Position numbers and translations under genes: made by a program
Origin: Haloarculaceae archaeon
Lineage (GTDB): Archaea > Halobacteriota > Halobacteria > Halobacteriales > Haloarculaceae
Assembly: GCA_042217345.1 (NCBI GenBank)
Contig: JBDGSW010000154.1
Span: 1-52,577, forward strand
Direction: 5' to 3'
DNA length: 52,577 nucleotides
The notes under the pieces: model-generated
Told to the model about the DNA's origin: nothing
Database searches by the model: none
Seen by the model: only the letters and a program-made list of their open reading frames with translations
Shown here: piece by piece, positions 18,028 through 27,451 of the stretch
How the letters are laid out: every line of letters begins with the position of its first letter
Numbering within the stretch: the first letter of the stretch is position 1

Positions 18028-18899
18028 GCCCGCCCCTCCGACTCGGCGATGTCGAGGAACACGGCCTCGAGGCTGGACTCCTCGGTGCGGATGTCGAGCA
18101 GGCGTCCGCCGGCCTCTTCGGCGGCGGTTCGGGTCGCTTCGACTTTCTCCATGGACTCGACGACGCGGTGGTGGCGGCCGTCCTCACGGACGCTCTGGGG
18201 GACGGGCACCGACGTGTAGACGTGGTACTCGCGCTCGCCGTACTCCTCGCGGAGCGCGTCGAGGTCACCCTGGGCGACGATGCGCCCCTCGTTCATGATG
18301 GCGACCCGGTCGCAGATGCTCTCGACGTGATAGAGGTTGTGCGCGCTGAAGACGATGGTCTTGCCCTGCTCGCCGAGGTCGCTAGTGAAGTCGATGACGT
18401 AGTTGGTCGTCAGCGGGTCCAGCCCGCTGGCCGGCTCGTCGTAGACCAGCACGTCGGGGTCGTTGATCAGCGAGCGCGCGATGGCGACCTTCCGCTTCAT
18501 TCCCTTGGACATGTCGCCCAGGCGGCGCTCGCGGTGGTCCAGGTCGAGCCGGTCGAGCGTGTCGTGCATGCGCTCGTCGGCGACGTCGGCGGGCACGTCG
18601 TAGAGGTCGGCGAAGAAGGACAGGTACGACAGCGGCGTCATCTCCTCGTACAGCGGCGACTCCTCGGGGAGAAAGCCCAGCCGGCGGCGCATCTCGGTGT
18701 CGTCGGCGGCCAGCCCGGCGACGGACACGTCGCCGCCTGTCGGTTCGAGCAGCCCGGCGAGCATCTTCAGCGTCGTCGTCTTCCCGGCGCCGTTGGGCCC
18801 GATGATACCGAACACCTCGCCGGAATCCACCGAGAACGTGCTCCCCTCGACGGCGGTGAACCCGCCGTACTCCTTGCGCAGGTCCCGGACCTCGATCAT
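18024..18899 (-). CDS. ABC transporter ATP-binding protein
   Basis: GPNGAGKTT, MSKGMKRK, VLVYDEPASGLD, SAH. Confidence 0.93.
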   Translation of the reverse strand: MIEVRDLRKEYGGFTAVEGSTFSVDSGEVFGIIGPNGAGKTTTLKMLAGLLEPTGGDVSVAGLAADDTEMRRRLGFLPEESPLYEEMTPLSYLSFFADLYDVPADVADERMHDTLDRLDLDHRERRLGDMSKGMKRKVAIARSLINDPDVLVYDEPASGLDPLTTNYVIDFTSDLGEQGKTIVFSAHNLYHVESICDRVAIMNEGRIVAQGDLDALREEYGEREYHVYTSVPVPQSVREDGRHHRVVESMEKVEATRTAAEEAGGRLLDIRTEESSLEAVFLDIAESEGRA

Positions 18900-19194
18900 T
18901 CGCGCGAGGGTTCCCCCGCCCCGGCCCTATACCTTGGCACCCCATTATCAGCGTCTGAAAACCGATCGCTGGAGACTCGGCCGATCGCCAGTATCGCCCA
19001 CGGGTCGATGTGCGAGCGGCGGGCTCCGGGTAAGGCGTCCTTACGCCGGCGATGCGGCGCGCGCGGAAAACGCGGGTCGGCTCCGAATAGGGCCGGCCCC
19101 GACCGGGCGGGTCGGCGCGACAGGCCGGTGGAGTCTGGCGGGACTGCGGTGCCCCTCGCGGGGCGACTCGGCTGGAGAACCGCGACGCTGTGGG

Positions 19195-19431
19195 TTACTG
19201 TTTTGCGACGCGTACGTTCGCTACCTGGTAGATGTCCTCGCCGATGCCTTCGCCGTCACAGTCCTCGTTCGGGCAGCGATAGTGCCACCCGTCCGTCGTG
19301 GCCGTTCGCTCCGCGAATCGCTCGCCACACTTATCGCAGAACAGCTGGCCGTCGGCGCACGTGTCCTGGTGGAGTTCCAGTTCGAGTTCCGTGGCGAACG
19401 TGCGCTTGCAGTCCCGGCAGGTATGCGCCAT
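19195..19431 (-). CDS. Small double zinc-finger protein (CxxC type)
   Basis: 78 aa: CRDC...H...C and CDKC...CPNEDC; ATATAAG TATA box 24-30 bp upstream of ATG 19431. Confidence 0.8.
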   Translation of the reverse strand: MAHTCRDCKRTFATELELELHQDTCADGQLFCDKCGERFAERTATTDGWHYRCPNEDCDGEGIGEDIYQVANVRVAKQ

Positions 19432-19454
19432 AGTAGGCACAATTCGAATCAATC

Positions 19455-19461
19455 CTTATAT
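19455..19461 (-). promoter_or_regulatory. TATA box of the Zn-finger gene (likely leaderless transcript)
   Basis: ATATAAG on the minus strand at canonical archaeal spacing from the start codon. Confidence 0.6.
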
Positions 19462-19672
19462 CTGCACCGGAACGTTCACGCCCCCCGTTCGGCCGCCTCG
19501 CCCCCGACGCCATCCGGCGGCGGCCGGCGATTCCCCCCCGTCCGATCCCCTCGGGGCCACCGACGGTCGCATCGTCGTTCGGCGACGCCACCGGCGGCCG
19601 GCCGGTGCAGCGGCCGCGCGAACTCACCGGACAGCAGACACTTACCTGGGGCGTATGGTCCCGTTATCGCCG

Positions 19673-21973
19673 TCAGGTCGCGGGATCGACGCCGGTGATC
19701 TCGAAGCGCGCGCCCGGAGTGGACCCGTCGTGGCGCTCGCTCTCGGTCGCCCGGATCTCCCAGCCGTGGGCCTCGACGATCCCCTGGACGATCACCAGCC
19801 CCAGACCCGTGCCGTCGGACTCGCTGGAGTAGCCGTGCTCGAAGATCCGCTCGCGCTCCTCGGGCGGGATGCCGGTGCCGTCGTCCTCGACGTAGAAGCC
19901 CTCGACGGTGCCGTCCGGGCCAGTGACGGGCCCGACGTGCACCGTCAGCGCCGGGTCGGCCCCGCCGGCGCCGACCGGACGGTCGCCGTCGGCGCGCCGC
20001 GGCGGGTCCGCGTCGGCCGCGCTGCCGACAGCCGCGGCCTCCTCGGCGGTCGTCTCGTCGGCCCCGGCGGGCGCGCCGTGCTCGATCGAGTTGCGGAACA
20101 GGTTCTCCAGCAGCGACGCGAGCCGGTCGCCGTCGGCGGCGACGGGCGGGGCGGCCTCGACGGCGAGTTCGGCGCGCCCGGTCTCGACGTGTCGCCAGGC
20201 GTCGCGGGCGGCCGACCCGAGGTCGACGGCGTCGAGCTCGCCGACGGTCTGGCCCTCCCGGGCCAGCGTAAGCAGGTCGTCGATCAGCCGCTCCATGCGG
20301 CGGGCCGAGCGCTCGATCGCCTCGAAGTGCTCGTCGTCGCCGGTCTCGCGCGCCAGGTCCAGCCGGGCGGTGATGACGTTCAGCGGGTTGCGCAGGTCGT
20401 GGGAGACGACGCTGGCGAACTGGTCGAGTTGCTCGTTCTGGCGGCGCAACCGCCGGATGCGCTCGGTCCGCTCGCTGATGTCCCGGACGACGCCGGCGGT
20501 GCCGCGGAACCCGCTGTCGGTCGGCAACAGGGCCATGTGGTCCTCGCAGGGGATGTGCTCGCCGTCGGCGGTGACGGCCTCCATCTCGAAGGTCGACTGG
20601 GTCGCCGCCTCGGCGGTCAGCAGCTCGCGGATGGTCTCGCGGGCGGTCTCGACGTCCCGGTCGCGCATCAGCTTCGCGACGTGCTCACCGATCAGCTCGT
20701 CCTGGTCGTAGCCGGTGATCTCGGCGAGCGCCTCGTTGACCAGCGTGAACCGTCCCTCGGCGTCGATCGTGTAGACGGCGTCGCCGACGGCCTCGACGAT
20801 CGTCCGGTACTGGGCGAGCTCGGCCTCGCGGTCGAGGCGCTGGCTGATGTCGCGGGCGACGCCGGCGATGCCCATCACCTCGCCGTCGCTGTCGGTCAGC
20901 GGCGACCCGCGGAACTCGAAGGGGACGCGCTCGCCGTCTGCGGTCACGATCTCGGCCTCGATGGCGACCGCCCCCTGCAGGATCGTCTCCCGGATGGCGT
21001 CGACGGCGTCCTCGTAGTACTCGCCGGCCAGCAGGTCGAACACCGTCAGGTCGGCCAGCTCGTCGTCGTCGTAGCCGGTCACCTTCGGGAGCTGCTGGTT
21101 CCAGCGCAGCAGCTCACCCTGGGGCGTGAACACGAAGAACACGTCCGCCAGGGTGTCCAGGACCGTCTCGATGAACTCCTGTTCGTTGCGCAGTTCGCGC
21201 TCGCGCTCGCGGCGCTCGGTGACGTCGCGGGTCGACCCCAGGGCCGCCCACTCGCCGTCGACGGTGATCTGCTGGACGCTGAACTCCAGGTAGCGCGTCT
21301 CGCCGTCCTTGGTCACGACCCGCGCGTCGTAGGTGTCAGGCGTGGGCTCGCCGCGCCGGCGGCGTTCGCCGAACGCCCGTACGCGGTCGCGGTCGGCGGG
21401 GTGGACCAGCTGCCAGATCTCCATGTCTGCGAGCTCGGCCTCGGAGTAGCCCGTGATCTCGCAGACCCGGTCGTTGACGAAGACGAACTCGTCGTCCCGG
21501 TAGATGTAGATCCCGTCGTGGCTCCCCTCGACGAGCGTCCGGTAGTGCTCCTCGCTCTCCTCGAGGGCTCGTGCCGTCCGGTAGTCCGCGACGCCGGCCT
21601 CGACGGCGTCGGCCAGCGCGGCCAGCCCGTGGGTCGGCCCGTCGGCGAGCACGTAGTCGGTCACGCCCGCGGAGACGGCCGCGGCCGCCCGGGCCTCGTC
21701 GCCGTCGACGGCGTGGATCACGAACGGGAACTCGGGGTGGCCGTCGCGGAGCGCCTCGAGGAGGGCGACGGCGTCGCCGTCGGGCAGCGCGGCTGTACAG
21801 ACCAGACAGTCCGCGTCGCCGTCGGCGACCGCTGTGCGAGCCGCTCCGGGGTCGGGTTCCGGGGAGACCGAGAGGGCGTCGCGCTCGGTGTCGAGCGCGC
21901 CCGCGGCGGCGCGCGCTCGGTCCGGGGCGCCGACGTACCGCACTTCGATCGGCGCGGCCGACGAGCGAGTCAT
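19673..21973 (-). CDS. Sensor histidine kinase: degenerate receiver, three PAS domains, HisKA and HATPase
   Basis: H-box SHDLRNPL, N-box ENLFRNSIEHG, DDGTGI, GTGLGL; three PAS repeats (N....ITGY...EL, ending RDVTER/RDISQR/RDISER). Confidence 0.92.
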   Translation of the reverse strand: MTRSSAAPIEVRYVGAPDRARAAAGALDTERDALSVSPEPDPGAARTAVADGDADCLVCTAALPDGDAVALLEALRDGHPEFPFVIHAVDGDEARAAAAVSAGVTDYVLADGPTHGLAALADAVEAGVADYRTARALEESEEHYRTLVEGSHDGIYIYRDDEFVFVNDRVCEITGYSEAELADMEIWQLVHPADRDRVRAFGERRRRGEPTPDTYDARVVTKDGETRYLEFSVQQITVDGEWAALGSTRDVTERRERERELRNEQEFIETVLDTLADVFFVFTPQGELLRWNQQLPKVTGYDDDELADLTVFDLLAGEYYEDAVDAIRETILQGAVAIEAEIVTADGERVPFEFRGSPLTDSDGEVMGIAGVARDISQRLDREAELAQYRTIVEAVGDAVYTIDAEGRFTLVNEALAEITGYDQDELIGEHVAKLMRDRDVETARETIRELLTAEAATQSTFEMEAVTADGEHIPCEDHMALLPTDSGFRGTAGVVRDISERTERIRRLRRQNEQLDQFASVVSHDLRNPLNVITARLDLARETGDDEHFEAIERSARRMERLIDDLLTLAREGQTVGELDAVDLGSAARDAWRHVETGRAELAVEAAPPVAADGDRLASLLENLFRNSIEHGAPAGADETTAEEAAAVGSAADADPPRRADGDRPVGAGGADPALTVHVGPVTGPDGTVEGFYVEDDGTGIPPEERERIFEHGYSSESDGTGLGLVIVQGIVEAHGWEIRATESERHDGSTPGARFEITGVDPAT

Positions 21974-22069
21974 TACACCCGCCTGTACCAGCAGGTTGTT
22001 TAATCTTTCCCGTAGACAGTCGCACTAAAAATTACCGCGATCGCCGCTGAAGGGTGGGGCCGAGCGCGC

Positions 22070-22939
22070 CTACAGGATGTCCTCGACGTGGTCGGCGACT
22101 TCCTCGGGGGTGTCGCCGACCGGGACGCCCGCGTTCTCCAGGGCGGTGATCTTCGACTCGGCGGTGCCGGTGCCCGAGCCGGAGACGATGGCGCCGGCGT
22201 GGCCCATGCGCTTGCCCGGCGGGGCCGTTCGGCCGGCGATGAAGCCCGCCACGGGCGTGTCCATGTACTCGCCGATGTAGCGGGCGGCCTCCTCCTCGTC
22301 CTCACCGCCGATCTCGCCGCACATGACGACGGCGTGGGTGTCGGGGTCCTCCTCGAACAGCTCGAGGGCGCCGATGAAGTCGGTGCCGATGATGGGGTCG
22401 CCGCCGATGCCGATGGCGGTGGTCTGGCCCAGCCCGCGGTCGGTCAGGTTGTCGACGACCTGGTAGGTGAGCGTCCCCGACCGCGAGACCAGCCCGACGT
22501 TGCCCTCCGAGAAGATGTTCCCGGGGAGGATGCCGAGCTTGGCGACGCCCGGCGTGATGACGCCGGGGCAGTTCGGCCCGACCAGGTGCGTGTCGGTCTC
22601 GCCGAGGCGGCGGTAGACCCGCGCCATGTCCTGAGTCGGGATGCCCTCGGTGATCGCGACGACGAGGTCGAGCGGGGCGTCCAGCGCCTCGAACAGCGCG
22701 TCGGCGGCGAACGCCGGCGGGACGAACACGACGGAGGCGTTGGCGTCCTCCTCGCGGGCGGCCTGCTCGACGGTGTCGTAGACGGGCACGCCGGCGACCT
22801 TCTGGCCGCCTTTGCCGGGGACTGCGCCGGCGACGACGTTCGTGCCGTACTCCAGCATCTGCTGGGTGTGGAACTTCCCTTCGCCGCCCGTGATCCCCTG
22901 GACGACGACGCGGGTGTCCTCGTCGACGAGGACGCTCAT
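22070..22939 (-). CDS. sucD: Succinyl-CoA ligase alpha subunit
   Basis: [33 protein letters not shown] (phospho-His). Confidence 0.97.
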   Translation of the reverse strand: MSVLVDEDTRVVVQGITGGEGKFHTQQMLEYGTNVVAGAVPGKGGQKVAGVPVYDTVEQAAREEDANASVVFVPPAFAADALFEALDAPLDLVVAITEGIPTQDMARVYRRLGETDTHLVGPNCPGVITPGVAKLGILPGNIFSEGNVGLVSRSGTLTYQVVDNLTDRGLGQTTAIGIGGDPIIGTDFIGALELFEEDPDTHAVVMCGEIGGEDEEEAARYIGEYMDTPVAGFIAGRTAPPGKRMGHAGAIVSGSGTGTAESKITALENAGVPVGDTPEEVADHVEDIL

Positions 22940-24081
22940 GCGTCCACCTCCTCGGCGTACTCGACGGCACGCTGGACGGCGTCTTCGAGCGTTCCCTCGA
23001 CGGTCACCAGGTCGGTGTTGAGGATCTCCATGCCTTCCTCCGCGTTGGTCCCGGCCAGCCGCACGACGACCGGCTTGGGGATCTCGTCGAACTGTTCGAG
23101 CGCCTCGTTGATCCCCTGGGCGACCTCGTCGCCGCGGGTGATCCCGCCGAAGATGTTGAACACGACCGCGTCGACGTTCTCGTCGGAGAACACCATGTCC
23201 AGGGCGTTCGTGACGCGTTCTGCCTTCGCGCCCCCGCCGATATCCAGGAAGTTCGCGGGCGCGCCGCCGTAGTAGTCCACCAGGTCGAGCGTCGTCATGA
23301 CGAGGCCCGCACCGTTACCGATGATGCCGACGTTACCGTCGAGGCGGACGTAGTCGAAGCCGTACTCGTTGGCTTTCGCCTCGAGTTCGTCGTCCGCGGC
23401 CTCCTCCTGCATCTCGGCGAGCTCGGGCTGGCGGAACAGCGCGTCGTCGTCGATGTTCATGACGGCGTCCGCCGCGATCACCTCGTCGTCGCTGGTGATC
23501 ATCAGCGGGTTGACCTCGACGTCGCTGCCGTCGCGGTCGTCCCACAGCTGGTACAGCGTCGTCAGCACGGAGGCGACGTCGGTGGCGACGTCGCGGTCGA
23601 CGCCGGCGTCGAAGACGGCTTTCCGGGCCTGGAAGGGGTGCATGCCGAACGCGGGGTCGACGTGCTCGCGGGCGATGGCCTCGGGGGTCTCGGCGGCGAC
23701 CTCCTCGATGTCGACGCCGCCCTCCGTCGAGACCATCGCGACCGGCTTGCCCTCGCCGCGGTCCATGGTCACGCCGACGTACAGCTCGTTCGTGAAGTCG
23801 ACGGCTTCCTCGACGAGCACGCGGTCGACGTGGTAGCCCTTCAGATCCATGCCCAGGATGTCGTCGGCCGCCGAGCGCGCCTCGTCGGCGTCCTCGGCGA
23901 GCTTGATGCCACCGGCCTTCCCGCGGCCGCCGACGTGGACCTGCGCCTTGATCGCGACCGGGTACCCGATCTCCTCGGCCGCGTCGACCGCCTCGTCGAC
24001 GGTCTCGGCGAGCTCGGACGCGGGCACCGGCACGCCGGCGTCCGCGAAGACCTGCTTGGCCTGATACTCGTGTAACCTCAT
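22936..24081 (-). CDS. sucC: Succinyl-CoA ligase (ADP-forming) beta subunit
   Basis: [55 protein letters not shown]. Confidence 0.97.
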   Translation of the reverse strand: MRLHEYQAKQVFADAGVPVPASELAETVDEAVDAAEEIGYPVAIKAQVHVGGRGKAGGIKLAEDADEARSAADDILGMDLKGYHVDRVLVEEAVDFTNELYVGVTMDRGEGKPVAMVSTEGGVDIEEVAAETPEAIAREHVDPAFGMHPFQARKAVFDAGVDRDVATDVASVLTTLYQLWDDRDGSDVEVNPLMITSDDEVIAADAVMNIDDDALFRQPELAEMQEEAADDELEAKANEYGFDYVRLDGNVGIIGNGAGLVMTTLDLVDYYGGAPANFLDIGGGAKAERVTNALDMVFSDENVDAVVFNIFGGITRGDEVAQGINEALEQFDEIPKPVVVRLAGTNAEEGMEILNTDLVTVEGTLEDAVQRAVEYAEEVDA

Positions 24082-24267
24082 ACGGCGTAGGAGGCGGCCG
24101 GAAAGCGCATAAACCCTGCCTTCTGGTGACGAACGCCACCGCCCGATCGCCGTTCGTCCGCCTGGTCCGCCAGGAGCGCCGGCGCGCGGTATCGTTCGCC
24201 GCGCCAGCGGCTAATTCGACGCCGATCACGTCAGCAAAGAAACCGACGGGCCTCCGGTGGCTCCCGT

Positions 24268-25392
24268 TCAGGCGTCGGCCAACTGCCGCGCGCTGGGAAG
24301 GTCCGCGACCCGCCCGTCGCCGTTGAACTCGTTGCGGGCCTCGACCAGGCTCTGCTCGCGCGCGCGATCCTCGCCGTTGCGTCCGTGCCGACAGCTCTCG
24401 AGGAGCTTCGCCGCGCCGCTCTCCAGGGCGGCGGTCGCGTCGGTCAGGCCCCTGACGGCCGTCGCCAGCGACGGCGCGACGTCGACGTCACCGAGGCGGT
24501 TGTGCAGGTCCTCGAACGCGCTCTGGGCGTCGAAGACGTCGATCTGCGCGCCGTCGTAGTTGCCCGTCACGTAGCTGTCGACGCCGTTCGCGAGGGTCCG
24601 CAAGGCGTCGCGTTCGTCGCCGTACAGCTCCCGCACCGTGCGGAAGCCCTCGATCTCAGCGCCGAACTGATCCACCTTCAGCGCGTACGCGTCCGTCGAG
24701 ATCGCGCCGATCGCTTCGGCGTCGTCGGGGTCGGTCTCGGACTCGAGCGCGTCGCGGCGATCCGCTGCGTCGCGGGCGCTCGACTCGACGGCCGCCAGCG
24801 CGCTGAAGGCGGCGCCGAACTCCTCGGCGTAGAGGTGCGTGCGCGCGACCTGGAGGTGGTCGTAGGCCGCCCGGACGGCGACCTGGCAGGCGACCAGGTC
24901 CTCGAGGACGGTGGCGAAGCGCCGACAAGCGTCGATCGCATCCCCGTCCGCGTCGGGGGCACCCGCCGCCGCGTCGAGGTGGTCGCGGGCGGCGGCGACG
25001 TGCTCGTCGACCGGCTCGGGGTCGAATCCGGTCGTTGCGGCCGTGACGTCGACGACCGATCCGACGCCGCGCGGGCTCGTGTAGGCGTCCACTGCGGCGC
25101 GCAGGTCCCGCTTGGCCGCCGAGAGCGCCCGCTCGGCGCCGCGCGTGGTCGACTCGCCCCCCCGGTCCTCGGTCGCCGTCCGGTCGGTCCGCTCCCAGGC
25201 GGTCTCGTTACCCTCGATGTGCAACTCGGCGCTGCCACCGACGGGCGGGGCCGTGGTCGGGGCCGTCGTCGACGGGGTCGACTCGCCGCCGTCGCCGTTG
25301 TTGACGCTACACCCGGCGGACAGCACCGCGGCGGCGACCGCGAGGAAGCGTCGCCGGGACGCGGCGTCGCCGGCTTGGTCCGCGTCGACCAC
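24268..25392 (-). CDS. Tat lipoprotein, alpha-helical hypothetical
   Basis: SRRRFL twin-arginine motif, LSAGC lipobox, Thr/Pro linker, Ala-rich helical body. Confidence 0.7.
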   Translation of the reverse strand: MVDADQAGDAASRRRFLAVAAAVLSAGCSVNNGDGGESTPSTTAPTTAPPVGGSAELHIEGNETAWERTDRTATEDRGGESTTRGAERALSAAKRDLRAAVDAYTSPRGVGSVVDVTAATTGFDPEPVDEHVAAARDHLDAAAGAPDADGDAIDACRRFATVLEDLVACQVAVRAAYDHLQVARTHLYAEEFGAAFSALAAVESSARDAADRRDALESETDPDDAEAIGAISTDAYALKVDQFGAEIEGFRTVRELYGDERDALRTLANGVDSYVTGNYDGAQIDVFDAQSAFEDLHNRLGDVDVAPSLATAVRGLTDATAALESGAAKLLESCRHGRNGEDRAREQSLVEARNEFNGDGRVADLPSARQLADA

Positions 25393-25396
25393 CGAC

Positions 25397-26068
25397 TCAC
25401 CACCCCTCCGTCACTTCGCGTTCGTGCATGGCTCTGAACAGCAGGTAGCCGGCGCCGATCACCGCGGCCACGATCCCCAGCAGGACGAACACCGAGGAGG
25501 CCAGCGCCGCGAAGCCGCCGACGGCGTCGCCCGCGTAGCGGGCGGCCAGGTGGACGACAAGGAACGCGGCGCCGATCGCACCCAGCCCGAACCCGATGTC
25601 CGGGGGCTGGGGCCGCCAGAGGTACAGGCCCGCGACCAGCGCGAGGATCAGTCCGTACCCGATGAGCATCTTCGAGCGGCGGGCCTCGTCGTTGAGCATC
25701 GCCGGCTCCTCGAACGTCTCGACGGTGTAGTTGCGCCCCTGGTACTCGACGCGGTAGACCGCGCCGGCGCCGACCAGCGACCCGCCGGCCTCCTCGCCGC
25801 CGGTCCGAGAGAACTCGAAGTCGGGCGGGCGTCGGTCGTTGCCGTGAAACGTCGTCGCGTTCGATGGCGAGTCGATCGCCGCCCGGACCAGCTCCCGGGC
25901 GCGCGGCGACAGCTCGTCGTAGGTGTAGTTGGCCGCGATGGGCCGGTCGTAGTAGTTACCAAGCTGCACGACGTTCACCTGGTTCGGGTGCTGGTAGATG
26001 AAAAGCGGGTTGGCCGCCAGTACCACCGCTACCAGGAGCAACCCGACCCCCAGCACCCGGTGGTTCAT
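25397..26068 (-). CDS. Hypothetical membrane protein
   Basis: From ATG 26068: N-terminal TM segment, soluble loop (YDELSPRARELV..AI), three C-terminal TM segments. Confidence 0.7.
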   Translation of the reverse strand: MNHRVLGVGLLLVAVVLAANPLFIYQHPNQVNVVQLGNYYDRPIAANYTYDELSPRARELVRAAIDSPSNATTFHGNDRRPPDFEFSRTGGEEAGGSLVGAGAVYRVEYQGRNYTVETFEEPAMLNDEARRSKMLIGYGLILALVAGLYLWRPQPPDIGFGLGAIGAAFLVVHLAARYAGDAVGGFAALASSVFVLLGIVAAVIGAGYLLFRAMHEREVTEGW

Positions 26069-26254
26069 CTCGTCCCGTGAAACGTGGTGGGACCGACGTA
26101 AACCTTTCGCGCCGCTAGTACGATGCAGCAATATCGGCAGACGGCGCGGCGACGAACCGGGCTCGGATTCGTCGGTTCGAATCCCAGTCGCCTGCGACGT
26201 CGCGCCACTCGCCTGCGAGGTACGTATCCCTTCCGGCCGTCTGCGCTGTCGATG

Positions 26255-26268
26255 CGAAGGGTATAAGT
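26255..26268 (+). promoter_or_regulatory. BRE/TATA promoter of tfb
   Basis: CGAAGGG-TATAAG about 30-35 bp upstream of ATG 26297. Confidence 0.65.
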
Positions 26269-26296
26269 ACAGGCGAACTTTTTCTATATAAGAACG

Positions 26297-27265
26297 ATGG
26301 TTCGTCCGAGTCGCCAGCGGGAGCGCGAGCAGGAGACAGCCCAGGAAACCGAGCACGGCGACGATCAGGAGGTGCGCAACTGTCCCGAGTGCGAGTCAGA
26401 GAACCTGGTGTCGAGCGCGGACGGTGGCGAGATCGTCTGCGACGACTGCGGGCTGGTGATCGAGGAGGAGAACATCGACCGCGGGCCCGAGTGGCGCGCG
26501 TTCAACCACAGCGAGCGCCAGAGCAAATCCCGCGTGGGCGCCCCGACCACGCAGACGATGCACGACAAGGGCCTGACCACCCAGATCGACTGGAAGGACA
26601 AGGACGCCTACGGGCGGTCGCTCTCCTCGGAGAAACGGTCCCAGATGCACCGTCTCCGGAAGTGGCAGGAGCGCATCCGCACCAAGGACGCCGGCGAGCG
26701 CAACCTCCAGTTCGCCCTCTCGGAGATCGACCGCATGGCTTCGGCCCTGGGCGTGCCGCGCTCGGTGCGCGAGGTCGCCTCCGTCATCTATCGGCGCGCG
26801 CTCAACGAGGACCTGATCCGCGGGCGCTCGATCGAGGGCGTCGCCACCAGTTGTCTGTACGCCGCGTGTCGCCAGGAGGGGATCCCGCGCTCGCTGGAGG
26901 AGGTCTCGGACGTCTCTCGCGTCGAACAAAAGGAGATCGGCCGCACCTATCGGTACGTCGCCCAGGAGCTGTCGCTGAAGATGGAGCCGGTCGATCCGAA
27001 ACAGTACGTCCCGCGCTTCGCCTCCGACCTCGGCCTCTCCGAGGAGGTCCAGTCCAAGGCCAACGAGATCATCGACGAGACCGCCGAGAAGGGCCTGCTG
27101 TCGGGCAAGTCGCCGACGGGCTACGCCGCCGCCGCGATCTACGCCGCCTCGCTCCTGTGCAACGAGAAGAAGACCCAGCGCGAGGTCGCCGACGTCGCCC
27201 AGGTGACCGAAGTCACCATCCGCAACCGCTACCAGGAGCAGATCGAAGCCATCGGCGTCCGCTGA
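26297..27265 (+). CDS. tfb: Transcription initiation factor IIB
   Basis: Zn ribbon CPEC...[22 protein letters not shown], two cyclin repeats, [10 protein letters not shown]. Confidence 0.97.
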   Translation: MVRPSRQREREQETAQETEHGDDQEVRNCPECESENLVSSADGGEIVCDDCGLVIEEENIDRGPEWRAFNHSERQSKSRVGAPTTQTMHDKGLTTQIDWKDKDAYGRSLSSEKRSQMHRLRKWQERIRTKDAGERNLQFALSEIDRMASALGVPRSVREVASVIYRRALNEDLIRGRSIEGVATSCLYAACRQEGIPRSLEEVSDVSRVEQKEIGRTYRYVAQELSLKMEPVDPKQYVPRFASDLGLSEEVQSKANEIIDETAEKGLLSGKSPTGYAAAAIYAASLLCNEKKTQREVADVAQVTEVTIRNRYQEQIEAIGVR

Positions 27266-27451
27266 GGCGCTCGGTCTCGCCGCGTCACGTTCCACGTTCT
27301 TTCCTGAGCACCGCTCGGCTCCCCAGCCACGGCTCGCGTCCGGCCGTCACGCCTCGCCCGAGCCCGACGGCCGCCGGGCGGTCACGCCCGGAAACCGGCA
27401 CAACAGTCATGGTACCCGGTGTCCAATCGTCGAACCTGTCGAGTGAATCGC

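Noticed and set aside
19298-22003. 901-aa ORF antisense to the histidine kinase, and similar long antisense ORFs (9430-11889, 40767-43049, 42505-44385, 13294-15132)
   Set aside because: Antisense mirrors of real genes; stop codons are scarce on the reverse strand of GC-rich genes rich in GAC/GTC codons.
26174-26185. GGTTCGAATCCC, resembling a tRNA T-loop or integrase att site
   Set aside because: The flanks cannot form a 5-bp T-stem or a cloverleaf; the sequence is better explained as one arm of the CGAACCG/CGGTTCG hairpin.
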